From: Chrysemys picta bellii
Lineage: Eukaryota
Length of the DNA: 64,000 bases
Direction: 5' to 3'
NCBI RefSeq assembly: GCF_011386835.1
Contig: NC_088807.1
Coordinates: 24,986,001-25,050,000 of the forward strand
The notes beneath the pieces were generated by a model. The model was not told where the DNA came from. It ran no database searches and worked only from the letters and a program-made list of their open reading frames with translations. This document shows, piece after piece, positions 21,636 through 33,217 of the stretch; the stretch's first letter is position 1; every line of letters starts with the position of its first letter. Made by a program: the position numbers and the translations under genes.

Positions 21636-21653
21636 ATCCCACCGCTGCCACCA
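21636..21653 (-). other. Primer-binding site complementary to the tRNA-Leu 3' end
   Basis: Minus strand TGGTGGCAGCGGTGGGAT, 2 nt inside the 5' LTR; matches the vertebrate tRNA-Leu(AAG/TAG) end ATCCCACCGCTGCCA+CCA as recalled. Confidence 0.85.
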
Positions 21654-22244
21654 GTTGTCACGGAGTATTGGGGGACTCAGGGCCCTGCACCCCCGGCTTC
21701 CTGCGATTCACCATGACTCTCAGCCAGCCAGTAAAGCAGAAGGTTTATTTGGATGACAGGAATACAGTCCAAGACAGGTCTTGCAGGCACAGACAACAGG
21801 ACCCCCTCAGTTAAGTCCAGCTTGGGGTCCCAGGGCATCCCAGCCCGCCCCCCTTCGGGGGGGGGGGTCAGAGCCATCTCTGTCTCCCAGCCATCTCTCC
21901 AGCCGGCTTCCAGCACACTGCCTTCAGCGACCCCTCCCACAGCCTTTGTTCAGTTTCCCGGGCTAAGGAGTCACCTGGCCTTCAACCCCTTCCTGGGTTC
22001 TCATGTTACACTCCCAGGAATGCGCCCCCGGGCCGATCCCATCCTCCAATGCAGACTATCCCAGCACACTCCCCTGTCAGCATCCACAGACCACAGTGAG
22101 AACAGGCCCAGTTCGTCACACCCTCCCAGTTTGACAGCGAACCATTGATGACTATGCTTTGAATACGGTTTTTCAACCAGTTGTGCGCCAGCCTTATAAT
22201 TTTGTCTGGCCCGCACGTCCTGGGGGACTGTGTCAAAAGCCTTA

Positions 22245-23440
22245 CTAAGGCTTATATGTCCCAGGCGGTTTGGTTTCTCGGTGCAGCGATGGGAACAGCA
22301 CCATGAGAAAGGAGGCATCTTGCACAACTGAATCGGTGAATGAATGAGCCTTTAAATGGCTGCTTCTGGGGGTGCAGTCGTGCCCCATTGCCCTGTTGAA
22401 AGGGATTTCCGGTGATTGTGTCCGAATCCTCTCTCCAGTGATCATGGACCTTCCAAAGTGGCAGTTATGGCAGTTGGCCAGACCCCTCCCCCCAGGCAGA
22501 ATGGGACCTTCCAAAGTGGCAGTTATGGCAGTTGGCCAGACCCCTCCCCGCAGGCAGAATGGGACCTTCCAAAGTGGCAGTTATGGCAGTTGGCCCGACC
22601 TCTCTCCACAGGCAGAATGGGACCTTCCAAAGTGGCAGTTATGACTCTTTGCCATTTCATCTCCCTTCTCCTGTCCCCACTCAGTGAAATGGTTCGTTCC
22701 ATCAGTTGGGCACTTTGGGGCTTCTCTCTCCCTTGGAAGAGACCATTTCACAGGCAGGAGGGTGCAGGGGTTAAGTTATCTGGACAAGTGCATTGGATGT
22801 ATTTTTCCCTGTCAGGAAATGTATAATAATACCGCCCCCCCCCCCCACACACACACATCTGTTATGTGAATGGCTCCTTTTCAGTCTGAGGGGGTAAAAA
22901 GCCTGAGTCCGGGATAATTCTCCATCTCCCCCCCCCCCCAGGGGAAAAATGGTCTGTCCCAAGCCCAAAGTGGCAGTTAGTTGCCGCCCCCCCCCCCCCC
23001 GATAGGGAGGGAGGGGGGGAGGAAACGCAGCCCAAATGGTGGGGGAGGGGGAGTAAACACAGCCCAAATGGTGGGGGAGGGGGGAAGGAAACATAGCCCA
23101 AATGGTGGAGGAGGGGGGAAGGAAACATAGCCCAAATGGTGGGGGAGGGGCAGTAAACACAGCCCAAATGGTGGAGGAGGGGGAAGGAAACGCAGCCCAA
23201 ATGGTGGGGGAGGGGCAGTAAACACAGCCCTATATGGCGGGGGAGGGGCGCACTCTCAGCCCTAGACGATGGGAGAACAAGGGGAAATGGCTCCCAAAGA
23301 TGAGCCTACGTGTGGCCGTGAAGAGAGGTAGCTTGTAGGAAAGGTGCCCCCTACTGCCAAGGCCAGAAAGGCCGGTTGGGCTCATCCCGTCATCTCCCCG
23401 GCCCCGCCCCCATATGGCCCAGGCCCTAGGACGGCCCTGG
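22245..23440. repeat. Unclassified element with a 58-bp tandem repeat (4 copies, 22446-22645) and a ~33-bp G-rich minisatellite (23025-23240)
   Basis: ggaccttccaaagtggcagttatggcagttggcc at 22446, 22504, 22562 and 22620; copy at 39705-40830. Confidence 0.65.
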
Positions 23441-23441
23441 G

Positions 23442-24150
23442 TTCATTTCTGTTTGAACCACAGCTGATGTTTTAGACAAACACCCTTGGTCCATAGGGTT
23501 GAGAGATCCGAGCCGTCGGCCGGCAGCACGTCAGGGGGAGTGAGTGATTGCTGGACCCAGACTAGAAGGAGACTAGTCTGTAAAAGGCAGTTTACTGGGT
23601 GAGGTTTTTATCTGTATTCAGTTTCTTAGACATAGACTTGCGTGTTCTATTTTATTTTGCTTGGTAATTCACTTTGTTCTGTCTGTTACTACTTGGAACC
23701 ACTTAAATCCTACTTTCTGTATTTAATAAAATCATTTTTACTTACTAATTAACCCAGAGTATGTATTAATACCTGGGGGGAGGGGGGGGAGGGCAAACAG
23801 CTGTGCTTATCTCTCTATCAGTGTTATAGAGGGCGAACAATTTCTGAGTTTACCTTGTATAAGCTTTATACCGGGTAAAACGGATTTATTTGGGGCTTGG
23901 ACCCCATTGGGAGTTGGACACCTGGGTATTAAAGACAGGAACACTTCTGTACGTTGCTTTCAGTTAAGCCTACAGCTGTCGGGGACGTGGTTCAGACCCT
24001 GGGTCTGGGTTTGCAGCAGGCTAGCGGGTCTGGCTCAAACCAGGCAGGGCACGAAGTCCTAAGCTGCCAGGGCAGGAAAGCAGGGGCAGACGTAGTCTTG
24101 GAACATCAGTTGGCAGCCCCAAGGGGGTTTCTGTGATCCAGCCCGTCACA
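23442..24150 (+). mobile_element. Gypsy-type LTR, 5' truncated
   Basis: AATAAA near 23725, ends cccGTCACA; copy at about 40835-41541. Confidence 0.7.
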
Positions 24151-24855
24151 CCACGTGCTGGGCAGCTGGTGTTTGAAACAAAGGAAGCAGAGGCCGCGTG
24201 GCAAGAGTCTATAAAAGGCAGCTGCATCTTCTCTATTTTGTCTTCAATCCTGCTCCTGACCTCTGGAGGGACTTGGCTACTAACTGAAGGTCTGAACAAA
24301 GGACTGAAGGACCCATCCCAGCTGGGGATGTATTCCAGAGACTTGATTCGAGCCTGCAGTTTATTCCACCACTGCTATAAGCCTGAACCAAGAACTTTGC
24401 AACTGTTGTACGTCTTTGATTCCATTTATCCAATTTTAACTCTCATCTATCTTTCTTTCTTTTATGAATAAACCTTTCGATTTTAGATTCTAAAGGATTG
24501 GCAACAGCGTGATTTGTGGGTAAGTTCTGACTTGTCTATTGACCTGCGTCTGGGGCTTGGTCCTTTGGGATCGGGAGAACCTTATTTCATTTACTAGGGT
24601 ATTGGTTTTCATAATCATTCATCCCCATGAGGAGCGGTGCTGGTGGTGATACAGGGGGACTGGAGTGTCTGAGGGAATTGCTTATATGACTTCTGGTTGG
24701 CCAGTGGGGTAAAACCGAAGTCCTCTCTGATTGGCTGGTTTGCTTTGCTTTAATAATAAAGGAACCCCAGCCTTGGGCTGTGACTGCCCTGTTCTAAGCA
24801 ATTTGTCCTGAATTGATACTCTCAGTTGTGTCCCGCCAGACGCCGCTTTGTTAAA
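24151..24855 (+). mobile_element. ERV-like LTR remnant
   Basis: TATAAAA near 24210, AATAAA near 24467, ends ctttgtta(c)a; the copy at 41542-44591 is split by a CR1. Confidence 0.7.
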
Positions 24856-26445
24856 GAGTTTTGATTGACTCCAAACTGGGATTGTCTAGTGGGACCCCCC
24901 ATCAAACAGGCCGGAGAACGACCCCGAGACAATTCCTAGAGCAGATCTCCTAGAGAAACACCCCAGCTTGATTGAAAAATGGTCAGGGATGGAAAAATCC
25001 ACCATGACCTTTGGTCAATTGTCCCGATGGTTAATTCCCTTCATCGTTAGAAATGTACCTGTTATTTCCTGTCTGAACGTGTCTAGCTTCACCGTCCAGC
25101 CATTGGATCAGGTTAGACCTTCCTCTGCTAGAGTGAAGAGCCTGTTAGTAAATATTTATCCCCCATGTTGGGCTCGAGTCACCCCTTCACCTTCTTGTTG
25201 TTCGGCTAAACAGATTGAGCTCCTGGTGTCTCTCACTGCCCGGCAGGGTTTCTAAATCAGGAGACTTGTTTTTTCGGGGAGTATAGTTGCAGATAGAAGA
25301 CAAAGCCCCTGATATCGGGACAATCCTGGTGTTATCGGGACATCAGCTCACCCTAACCAGGACTACGGTCGCCCCAGGGCCAAATACAGAGGCACTAGAA
25401 CCAATCTCCAATCTATTCAAGAGTCCCCTGTTTATCCATCGAACACAGGAATACACGGCATGGGAACACCCATCCCCACCCGCTGTGCTCCCATGTCCAA
25501 CTCATCCCCGGTGTGTTCATTACTGATAATGAATCCACACCGCTCTGGGCATCGTTAGGTGCTGGTGCCCTCAGGGACGGGAGCTGCGGGTGGAGGCAGA
25601 GCGGCTGATGAGTTGCGGTGGAGTTTGTGGTAATTAACAGGATGTTTGTCTCCAAACTGGCATTGTCCAGGTGATGGAGTTCCGAGATTCATCCCCTGGT
25701 GCGAGCGCAGAGCTCAGTGAGATGCTTGGAGTCATTAAGACCCCCCGACTATGGTGTTCAGAGGTTGGGCTGCACCCCCAGATTGCTGTGACCGATTCTA
25801 GAGGGATTCCCTCCCCCCAGCAATGGCTGCAGGAGACTATCCGATTCCAAAGGGTGAGGAGAAGGTGTGGACGGGCTCTGTCCCGTCCAAAGCCTGCGCC
25901 TGGGGGCCGAGTGTGTAAGGGGCCATGAAATGCAGAGACAGGACGGGGCCATTGGCCATTAGGGTTTCACGTTGTCACCCTGGTGTCACACGGGGACTGG
26001 GGATGGTGTTTGGATTCAGGCAAATGCCCCTGTTAGTTTCCAGCGGGCGTTTGTCCGAATGAAGACAGGATACGGTCTACAGAAAAAGTGCTCACAGCTA
26101 GAGTAGAGAGCCAGAAGGGCTGTGGGCTAGATTTTGATCGTTTTACTCAGGCCAGGGACTATGCTAAGAAGTTGGTCGACCCAACGACGTCAGTCCAGGG
26201 TGTGAAAAATCCGCATCCCGGAGAGATGTAGCTAAACCCAGCGTAGAGTGTACACAGTACAGAGTCGATGGAAGAATTACTCCATAAAACCTAGCTACCG
26301 CCTCCTTGGGAGGTGCATTACCTTCGCCCACCCATCGGAGTAGGTTGCATCTACACTGAAGCACTGCACCAATGCCAGTGCAGATACTAAGCAGCCATCT
26401 TGCCCCAGCGCCCTTTCCTCTGCCACCTCGCCTCCAGCCCCTTCC

Positions 26446-27378
26446 TCAGCCCCCCCAGATGCGGCGCCCGCCCAGGAGCCGCTTGGCCAGGGCCCCCTTG
26501 ACATCAGCATTGCGCAGGCTGTAGATGGCAGGGTTGAGGGTGGGGATGACCACGGTATAGAAGGCAGCGGCCATCTTGTCGGCCTGGGGAGCATAGCTGC
26601 CTTCGGGCCGCAGGTACATGAAGATGATGGTCCCGTAGAGCACGGCCACAGCTGCCAGGTGGGAGCCGCAGGTGGAGGCAGCCCGGCGCAAGCCCACCTG
26701 CCCCACGGCCCCAAGGATGAGCCTGTAGGAGGCCAGGATGGTCAGCAGGGTGACGCTCTGGATGGCTCCGCAGATGGCCAGCAGCAGGGCCTGGTTGAGG
26801 CTGGTGTCGGCGCAGGCCAGCTCCAGCACGGACGGGATGATGCAGAAGAAGTGGTCGAGAGTGCGGCCACGGCAGAAGGGAAGGCGGAAGGCCAGGCCGG
26901 AGTGTACAGCCCCGCTGGCCGCCCCGGCCGCGTAGGAGCCCAGCACCAGCCCGCGGCAGAGGTGGGGCGGCACGGCGGCCTGGTAGTGCAGCGGGCGGCA
27001 GATGGCGGCGTAGCGGTCGTAGGCCATGACGGCCAGCAGGCAACACTCGGCATCCGCAGCAGCGGCAAAGAGGAACAGCTGAAGGGTGCAGACTGGGCCG
27101 GGGAGGGTGGCCTGGCCGGCCAGCAGACCCCACAGCATGACTGGGCTCACGGCACAGCAAGAGCAGAGGTCCAGCAGCGCCAAGTGGCTGAGGAAGTAGT
27201 ACATGGGGGTGTGGAGGGAGCGCTCGACCCAGATCAGAACCGCCAGGCCCAGGTTCCCCACCAGGCCCAGCAGGAAGACAGGCAGCGCGAGCGAGAAGAG
27301 GAGCAGACTTAGGTCTCGGCGGGAGGAGAAGCCCACAAGGAGGAAGTCAGTAACCTCTGTCCGGTTTGGCCCGGCCAT
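26446..27378 (-). CDS. Olfactory receptor, class II, family 5/8/9-like, 310 aa (OR-B)
   Basis: Same motifs as OR-A; acceptor at 27393-27394; open frame. Confidence 0.95.
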   Translation of the reverse strand: MAGPNRTEVTDFLLVGFSSRRDLSLLLFSLALPVFLLGLVGNLGLAVLIWVERSLHTPMYYFLSHLALLDLCSCCAVSPVMLWGLLAGQATLPGPVCTLQLFLFAAAADAECCLLAVMAYDRYAAICRPLHYQAAVPPHLCRGLVLGSYAAGAASGAVHSGLAFRLPFCRGRTLDHFFCIIPSVLELACADTSLNQALLLAICGAIQSVTLLTILASYRLILGAVGQVGLRRAASTCGSHLAAVAVLYGTIIFMYLRPEGSYAPQADKMAAAFYTVVIPTLNPAIYSLRNADVKGALAKRLLGGRRIWGG

Positions 27379-27979
27379 GGGGGAGCACAGATCTGTGGGG
27401 AGAGAGCGTGGGTGAGAACCTGCCCCTCTGCCAGTGCCCTCAGCCCAGGCTGGAGCTGGCACTGCCTCCTCCTAGCGTCAAGGGTCTGGTGTTCGGGGAG
27501 GGCTGGTCTGGCGCAGAGATGCAGCCACCTCTGGGGCACGGCAGCTGGGGAACAGCTACACATAACGCCACACAACAGTTTAGGCTACGAAGCAAAGAAT
27601 AAGCCAACATCCACACACATCTTTAGGGACGTTAGCAGGCGAAAGGCGTTGGTGAGGAAAGCGGGGTTCACGGGGTTCCTTTTGGAAAGAGGGGTCGGTG
27701 ATTTAAATCTGCAGGCGCTACTAAGCCGGGGGGAGCGATGCCTGGGGCAGGGGGATGACAGAGGGACCCGGAGGCAGCGTGGCAATGTGATGTGGGCAGA
27801 CAGCAGGACGGGCACTCGGGACTCCTGGGTTCTAGTCGCAGCTCCGCTACTGACCAGCTGGGTTACGCTGGGCAAGTTACTGCCCAGCTCTAGGGCTCTG
27901 CTTCCCCCGGTGCATTCAGACTGGGAGCTCTCGAGGGCAGAGCCAGTCTCTCCCTGTGTGTCTGGGCAGCGCCTGGCAT

Positions 27980-28135
27980 GACAGGGGGCCCTGATCTCAG
28001 TCAGGGTCTGGGCACCACCTGGCACGACAGGGGGCCTGATCTCAGTTGGGGTCTGAGCAGCGCCCGGCACGACGGGGCCCTGATCTCGGTCGGGGTCTGG
28101 GCAGCGCCCGGCACAATGGGGCCCTGATCTGTGCA
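27980..28135. repeat. ~45-bp VNTR in the predicted OR intron
   Basis: ctgatctcagtcggggtctgggcagcgcccggcacgac units: about 3 here, 5 at 47728-47955, 1 at 5600-5680. Confidence 0.85.
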
Positions 28136-31100
28136 GCGCTTAGTGCAACGCGCCTGCCCCACCCCCAAGTCATCTGCAGCCTCCTAGTGGTACCATAATA
28201 CACATCCCCCTAAAGTGTGGCGGGACATAGTCCCCAGCCTGGCTCTTCGACGGGACAGGGACACCTGCTCGGGGTTGGTGGTTGAGAGCTCCAAGGCCCG
28301 GGTGTGATCGGGGATGCACAGTCGGAGCAGAGGAGAGAGGGGGATGGTCCAGACAGCTTTTGGGAGCCCCCCCCTGCCCTGAACACTGATCCCTCCCAGA
28401 CTGAACTGAACACACAGGGGCGCGGTGGGGGGGGGGGCGGAGGGGTTCAGAGAGGAGCCCCAGGCCCGACAGAGGAGAGAAGGACTAGCACAGGGGGGCT
28501 GAGGCTGCGAGGTACCGAGGGAGATGGAGTAATCGCTGAGGGCATCCCCTGAGAAGGGCGGGTTTTAGACAGGGGGACAGCTAAAGAGAACGAAGGAAAA
28601 TTGCCTCCTGCTGAGAGATAGAGGGACTGGGAGCCCTGTATGGGCAAAGCGTGGAGGGAGTCACCACTGAGAACCCAGGAGTCCTGGCTCCCAGCTCCCT
28701 CTTCTCTCACACACCAGACCCCACTCACCTCCCGGAGCCAGGGAGAGAACCCAGGAGTCCTGGCTCCCAGCCCTCCCTGCTCTAACGACAGGACCCCACT
28801 CCCCTCCCAGTGCTGGGGAGAGAACACAGGGGTCCTGGCTCCCAGCTCCCCGCTGCTCAAACCATTAGCCCCCACTTCCCTCCCAGAGCCTGGGACAGAA
28901 CCCAGGCATCCTGGCTCCCACTGACTGTGGCTGGACAGCCCCCTGACCAGAGGAGGAGGTGATGGGGGTCAGTGCGGAGGGGGTGTCCCTACCCGGGAAT
29001 GGCCCCGTGTCCCGTCTCTGCCCCACGGCACCCGCCCTACCTGGGCAGCGGCAGGGTCTGCGTCTCTCTCGGTGCCGGTGCCTGCTGCTTTCCACCCGGG
29101 CGGCACCGGGGCTTTTATGGCCCCTTTTCCCGGCATCCACGAGTCCTCCCCTGGCACCGACTCCCAGGGCTCCTGCCTGAGCCAATCTCCACCGTGCCAG
29201 CCGGGCCCCGCAGACGGAGGGGCTGGGCGCTCGTCACCCCCCGGCTCCTGCCCGCAGGGAGTCAGACGCAGTCGGCTAATCGCACGGGAAATTGGCGCCC
29301 GTGGCGGGGGGGCTGCTGGGCCACAGCTCCACACACACACACACACCCCATGGCGTGCTCCCAGTATCCCGCATTAGAGCAGGGCCAGCCTCGGATCTTC
29401 TGCTCTGCTGCCAAGAGAGGTCGGCCCCCGGGTGGCGCTGAGGGCTGGGCCCTTTGCACCCAGCGCGGTGTGAGGGAGATGCCATCCCATGTGCTTCCGA
29501 GGCTGGGCACCTGGGCTTTTTGAGACCCCACTCTGCTCCCAGAACCGGGGAGAGAACCCAGGAGTCCTGGCTCCCAGCCCCCCCGCTCTAACCATCAGCC
29601 CTCACTCCCGTCCCAGAGCCAGGGAGAGAACGCAGGAGTCCGGGCTCCCAGCCCCCCTGCTCTAACCACTAGACCCCACTCCCCTCCCAGAGCTGAGAGA
29701 ACCCAGGAGTCCTGGCTCCCAGCCTCCCTGCTCTAACCACTAGACCCCACTCCTCTCCTGGAGCTGGGCTTTCACCTTAGGGTGTGAATTCTGTAGTCTC
29801 GGAAGGGGCCCCATTGCCTTCTTCATGTGTGTGGGGGTAGTACCTAGTGGTTAGACCAGGAGGGGATGGGGGAATGAGGATTCCTGGGTTCTATCCCCAG
29901 CTCTTGGGGCTAGTGGGCTAGAGCAGGGAGGTGGGGGGTGGGAGCCAGGACTCCTGAGTTCTCTCCACACCTCTTGGCCGGGAGCGGGGTCGGGGGAGCG
30001 GGGGAGGGATGGACTGATTTCCAGCCACGCTTGCTCCTCCGGAGGCAGAGGGACGACGCGGCAGCTTACATCCCTGGGCGCCCTGAAGGGAACGTCCTGG
30101 TGCTGAAAGCGGTAGGAACAGAAGTGGGGGGCTCCCGTCGCCCCCACAGCAGCCCGTCCTCCTGCCCAGCAATTTGCTCTGCTAATCAGCCCCAAAATCA
30201 AACCTGCCCCCCACAATTCTGCCCCCTCCAGCATCCCATCAATTGTGCCCCCCAACAATTCTGCTGTTCCAAGCCCCCACCACAATCCAGGCCCCTCCAG
30301 CCCCCCATGAATGTTGCCCCCTGCAGCCCCCACCAGCTGGGGGTGGAGGCGGAGTGGCTGACGGGCTGCGGTGGGAGTTTGTGGTAATTAACAGGACATT
30401 TGTCCCACAATCTCTTCAAGCCGGGCATTGTCCAGGGGACAGAGGTCAGAGATTCTCCCCTGGGTGTGAGCCCAGAGCTCTGCGAGATGCTTGGAGTCAT
30501 TAAGCGCCTCCCAATTATGGCGCACAGAGGTTGGGGTGACATGCCACCCCACATCCCTGTGTCCAAAAGAGATGTGGAGGAGACCAGCTGATTTCAGAGG
30601 GTTAGCTGGGCTGCGTCCCATCCAGAGCCCCCCCTACTACGGGCTGAGCATTTAAGGGGCCGTGAAGTGCAGAGACAGGACGGGGCCACTGGCCGTTAGG
30701 GTCTCAGATTGTCGGTGATGGACTGAGCACAACGCTCCTGTCACACGAGGTCCGGGAGCGGCTGTTGGATTTTGGACTGGCTGGGAGCTGGTGCCCCCTG
30801 GACAGGGAAGGCCCATGTCTCATTCCCGGCCAAATTAGAGCCAGTGCCCCCTAGAGGGAAAAGGCCCACTTATCCCGTTCGCTGTCCCCCAGAACTAGCC
30901 ACTCCCTCCAGTCATATTGCTGCTTATACAAAAACATCGGCGTTTAGTTAAAAAGCTTCTAAGCCCGCTTACGTTTTCACACCGGTGCAAGAGGATGTGG
31001 TTGAAGCCTTTTAAATTTTGTAATCAATTTATTTAAGTTGCAGGAAATTACGGGAGAGGTCGGCGAATCATTGCTTCGTGACCGTCAACGTTGCGGTTCA

Positions 31101-31182
31101 AAAAGATAACGCTTGCTATCCGTGACGACCCAAATTGTCAGCGTCACAAGGTCCAGCAGAATAGACACCGTAAATATCTTTG

Positions 31183-31309
31183 TATCAGAGGGGTAGCCAT
31201 GTTAGTCTGAATCTGTAAAAAGCAACAGAGGGTCCTGTGGCACCTTTAAGACTAACAGAAGTATTGGGAGCATAAGCTTTCGTGGGTAAGAGCCTCACTT
31301 GTTCTTTCA
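31183..31309 (-). mobile_element. Penelope-like fragment, left arm only of the palindrome at 51006-51222
   Basis: Matches 51006-51132 then jumps to sequence matching 54815. Confidence 0.9.
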
Positions 31310-32216
31310 CCTGGGAAATGCGAGCTGCAAAGCCAAGCGAGCTTGTGCCTTAAGAATCTGCCTGCCTGTTTATCACTTAGCGTGAGAATTTGCTAATGTA
31401 TCCTCATAATCTCTTTAGTGTGGTAAATTTAGTCTGAGTGTTTTGTTTATTTACTAAAGGAATCTGCTTTGTTCTGTTTGCTATCTCTGATAACCACTGA
31501 AAAGCTACCTTTTGTAGTTCAGACACTTCTTTCTTGTTTATACCATAACCCAGTTTGTGCAATTAGGAACTGGGAGGGGCAAAGAGCTGCGTCTCCCCAG
31601 AGCTGATCTGAGCGTCTGCATCTTTCTGCAGCTGGGCGTGGCCCTGTCTGTGTGCATGGCTGGAAGAGGCTTGGGAGCCTAGCCCAGCAAGAAAAGGTAA
31701 ACGGGGCCCAGGCTGGCGGAACAGGCGGACTCAGAGGTATCCCAGTACAACAGGTGGCACGCCGAAGAGGGACAAGTGGACTTTCAATAGAGTTACTTTA
31801 TTCCTTAAATATTACCCGGACACACATCTCGCAGTCGTGATAAATCACGAGCTTTCTGTAGATACCTCACAGGCTCCTCTTTATGGCTAAAGATCCCGTA
31901 AGATGGGTGTTTGGCGGAGTGAGTTTGTCTGGACTGAGTTGCAAAGACCTGGGGACCCTTCCCCAAGGTGCCTCTGTCACGGCTTCTTGCCCAGTGGCTA
32001 AGCCACCAACGGGGCTTTATGAGGTTGTACCAGATCCTGCAGTTCTAGCCAAAGGTCCTAGGTATGATTTCCTCTCAGGGACTGTGGCTTTTTCGTGGAT
32101 TCTCAGGCCACTGTCATCATCTACTCTGATCTCCTGTATCACCCAGGCCAGAGAACGTCCCCCAGATAATTCCTAGCGCAGATCTGTTGGAAAACCATCC
32201 CATCTCCACTTGATGT

Positions 32217-32624
32217 GCAGCAGCAGTCCAAAAAGCAGAGTCTTGGGAGTCATTAGGAAAGGGACAGATAATAAGACAGAAAATATCCTAGTGCCTCTAT
32301 ATAAATCCACGGTCCGCACGCATCTTGAATACTGTGTGCAGATCTGGTCGCCCCATCTCAAAAAAGATAGATTGCCCTGGAAAAGGTTCAGAAAAGGGCA
32401 ACAACAATGGTTAGGGGCATGGAACAGCTTCCGCATGAGGATAGATGAAGAAGACTGGGACTTTTCAGCTTGGAAAAGAGTCCACTAAGGGGGGATATGA
32501 GAGAGGTCTATAAAATCATGACTGGTGTGGAGAAAGTAAATCAAGAAGTTGGGAACAGGCAACAGGAGATGGACACTTGATGATTCCTGCTCTGTTCATT
32601 CCCTCTGGGGCACCTGGCACTGGC
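32217..32624 (+). mobile_element. CR1 3' fragment (internally deleted copy of 55722-56460)
   Basis: VRTHLEYCVQIWSPHLKKD; 261-bp deletion at AGAAGT relative to the unit 2 copy. Confidence 0.85.
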
Positions 32625-32951
32625 GGCCATGACTGTGTGCAGCAGGGAGTGGGGGATCACCACGGCCCAGGAGACGGCGGCCATCTTGAGGCAAAGGGGC
32701 CACGTCACCATGGTGGCATAGCGCAGCGGGTTGCAGATGGCCACGTAGCGGTCATAGGCCATGGCAGCCAGCAGGTAGCCCTCCATGTTGCCCACAGCCA
32801 TGAAGATGAAGAGCTGGGCCATGCAGCTGGCGAAGGGGACGGCCCGGCGCTGGGTCAGGGCGTGCACCAGGGCCTGGGGCAAGGTGATGGAGGCGAAGCT
32901 CACATCCACCACGGCCAGCTGGCCGAGGAGGAAGTACATGGGGCTGCGGAG
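32622..32951 (-). pseudogene. Internal OR fragment (TM2-TM4), remnant of the 56771-57709 gene
   Basis: LRSPMYFLLGQLAVVDV...MAYDRYVAICNPLRY...LLHTVMAA; both ends are deletion junctions. Confidence 0.93.
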
Positions 32952-33017
32952 GTTCTGAAATAATCTTCCACTTGGAAAACAGCCTAACTGGTGTTAACGG
33001 GGCCCGCAATTCAAGAA

Positions 33018-33217
33018 TTGGGGGGGAGGGATAGCTCAGTGTTTTGAGCATTGGCCTGCTAAACCCAGGGTTGTGAGTTCAATTCTTGAGGGGGCCACTT
33101 GGGGATCTGGAGCAAAATCAGTACTTGGTCCTGCTAGTGAAGGCAGGGGGCTGGACTCAATGACCTTTCAAGGTCCCTTCCAGTTCTAGGAGATGGGATA
33201 TCTCCATTTATTATTAT
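33018..33217 (+). mobile_element. tRNA-derived SINE with a CR1-like 3' tail (turtle Pol III SINE type)
   Basis: A box tagctcagtg, B box gagttcaattc, tail gacctttcaaggtcccttccagttct, (tta)n end, TSD AAGAA; empty site at about 60413. Confidence 0.9.

Larger units (their letters stand above)
18065..22120 (-). mobile_element. Young non-autonomous Gypsy (Gmr1-like) LTR retrotransposon
   Basis: 465-bp LTRs (18065-18529, 21656-22120) that appear identical; TSD CCCTC; PPT 18530-18543; PBS 21636-21653; empty site at about 39105 in unit 2. Confidence 0.95.

Noticed and set aside
22446-22645. Regular 58-bp and 33-bp arrays as CRISPR-like loci
   Set aside because: Head-to-tail tandem repeats with no unique spacers, in a eukaryotic context.
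29938-30387. Pro/Gln/Cys-rich ORF resembling epidermal differentiation (SPRR-like) proteins
   Set aside because: No ATG before the PQC-rich part; it comes from low-complexity aattctgcccccc repeats and is broken in the 2.5-kb paralog.
33022-33100. Possible tRNA gene
   Set aside because: The tRNA-like head continues into a CR1-type tail with a TSD, so it is a SINE.
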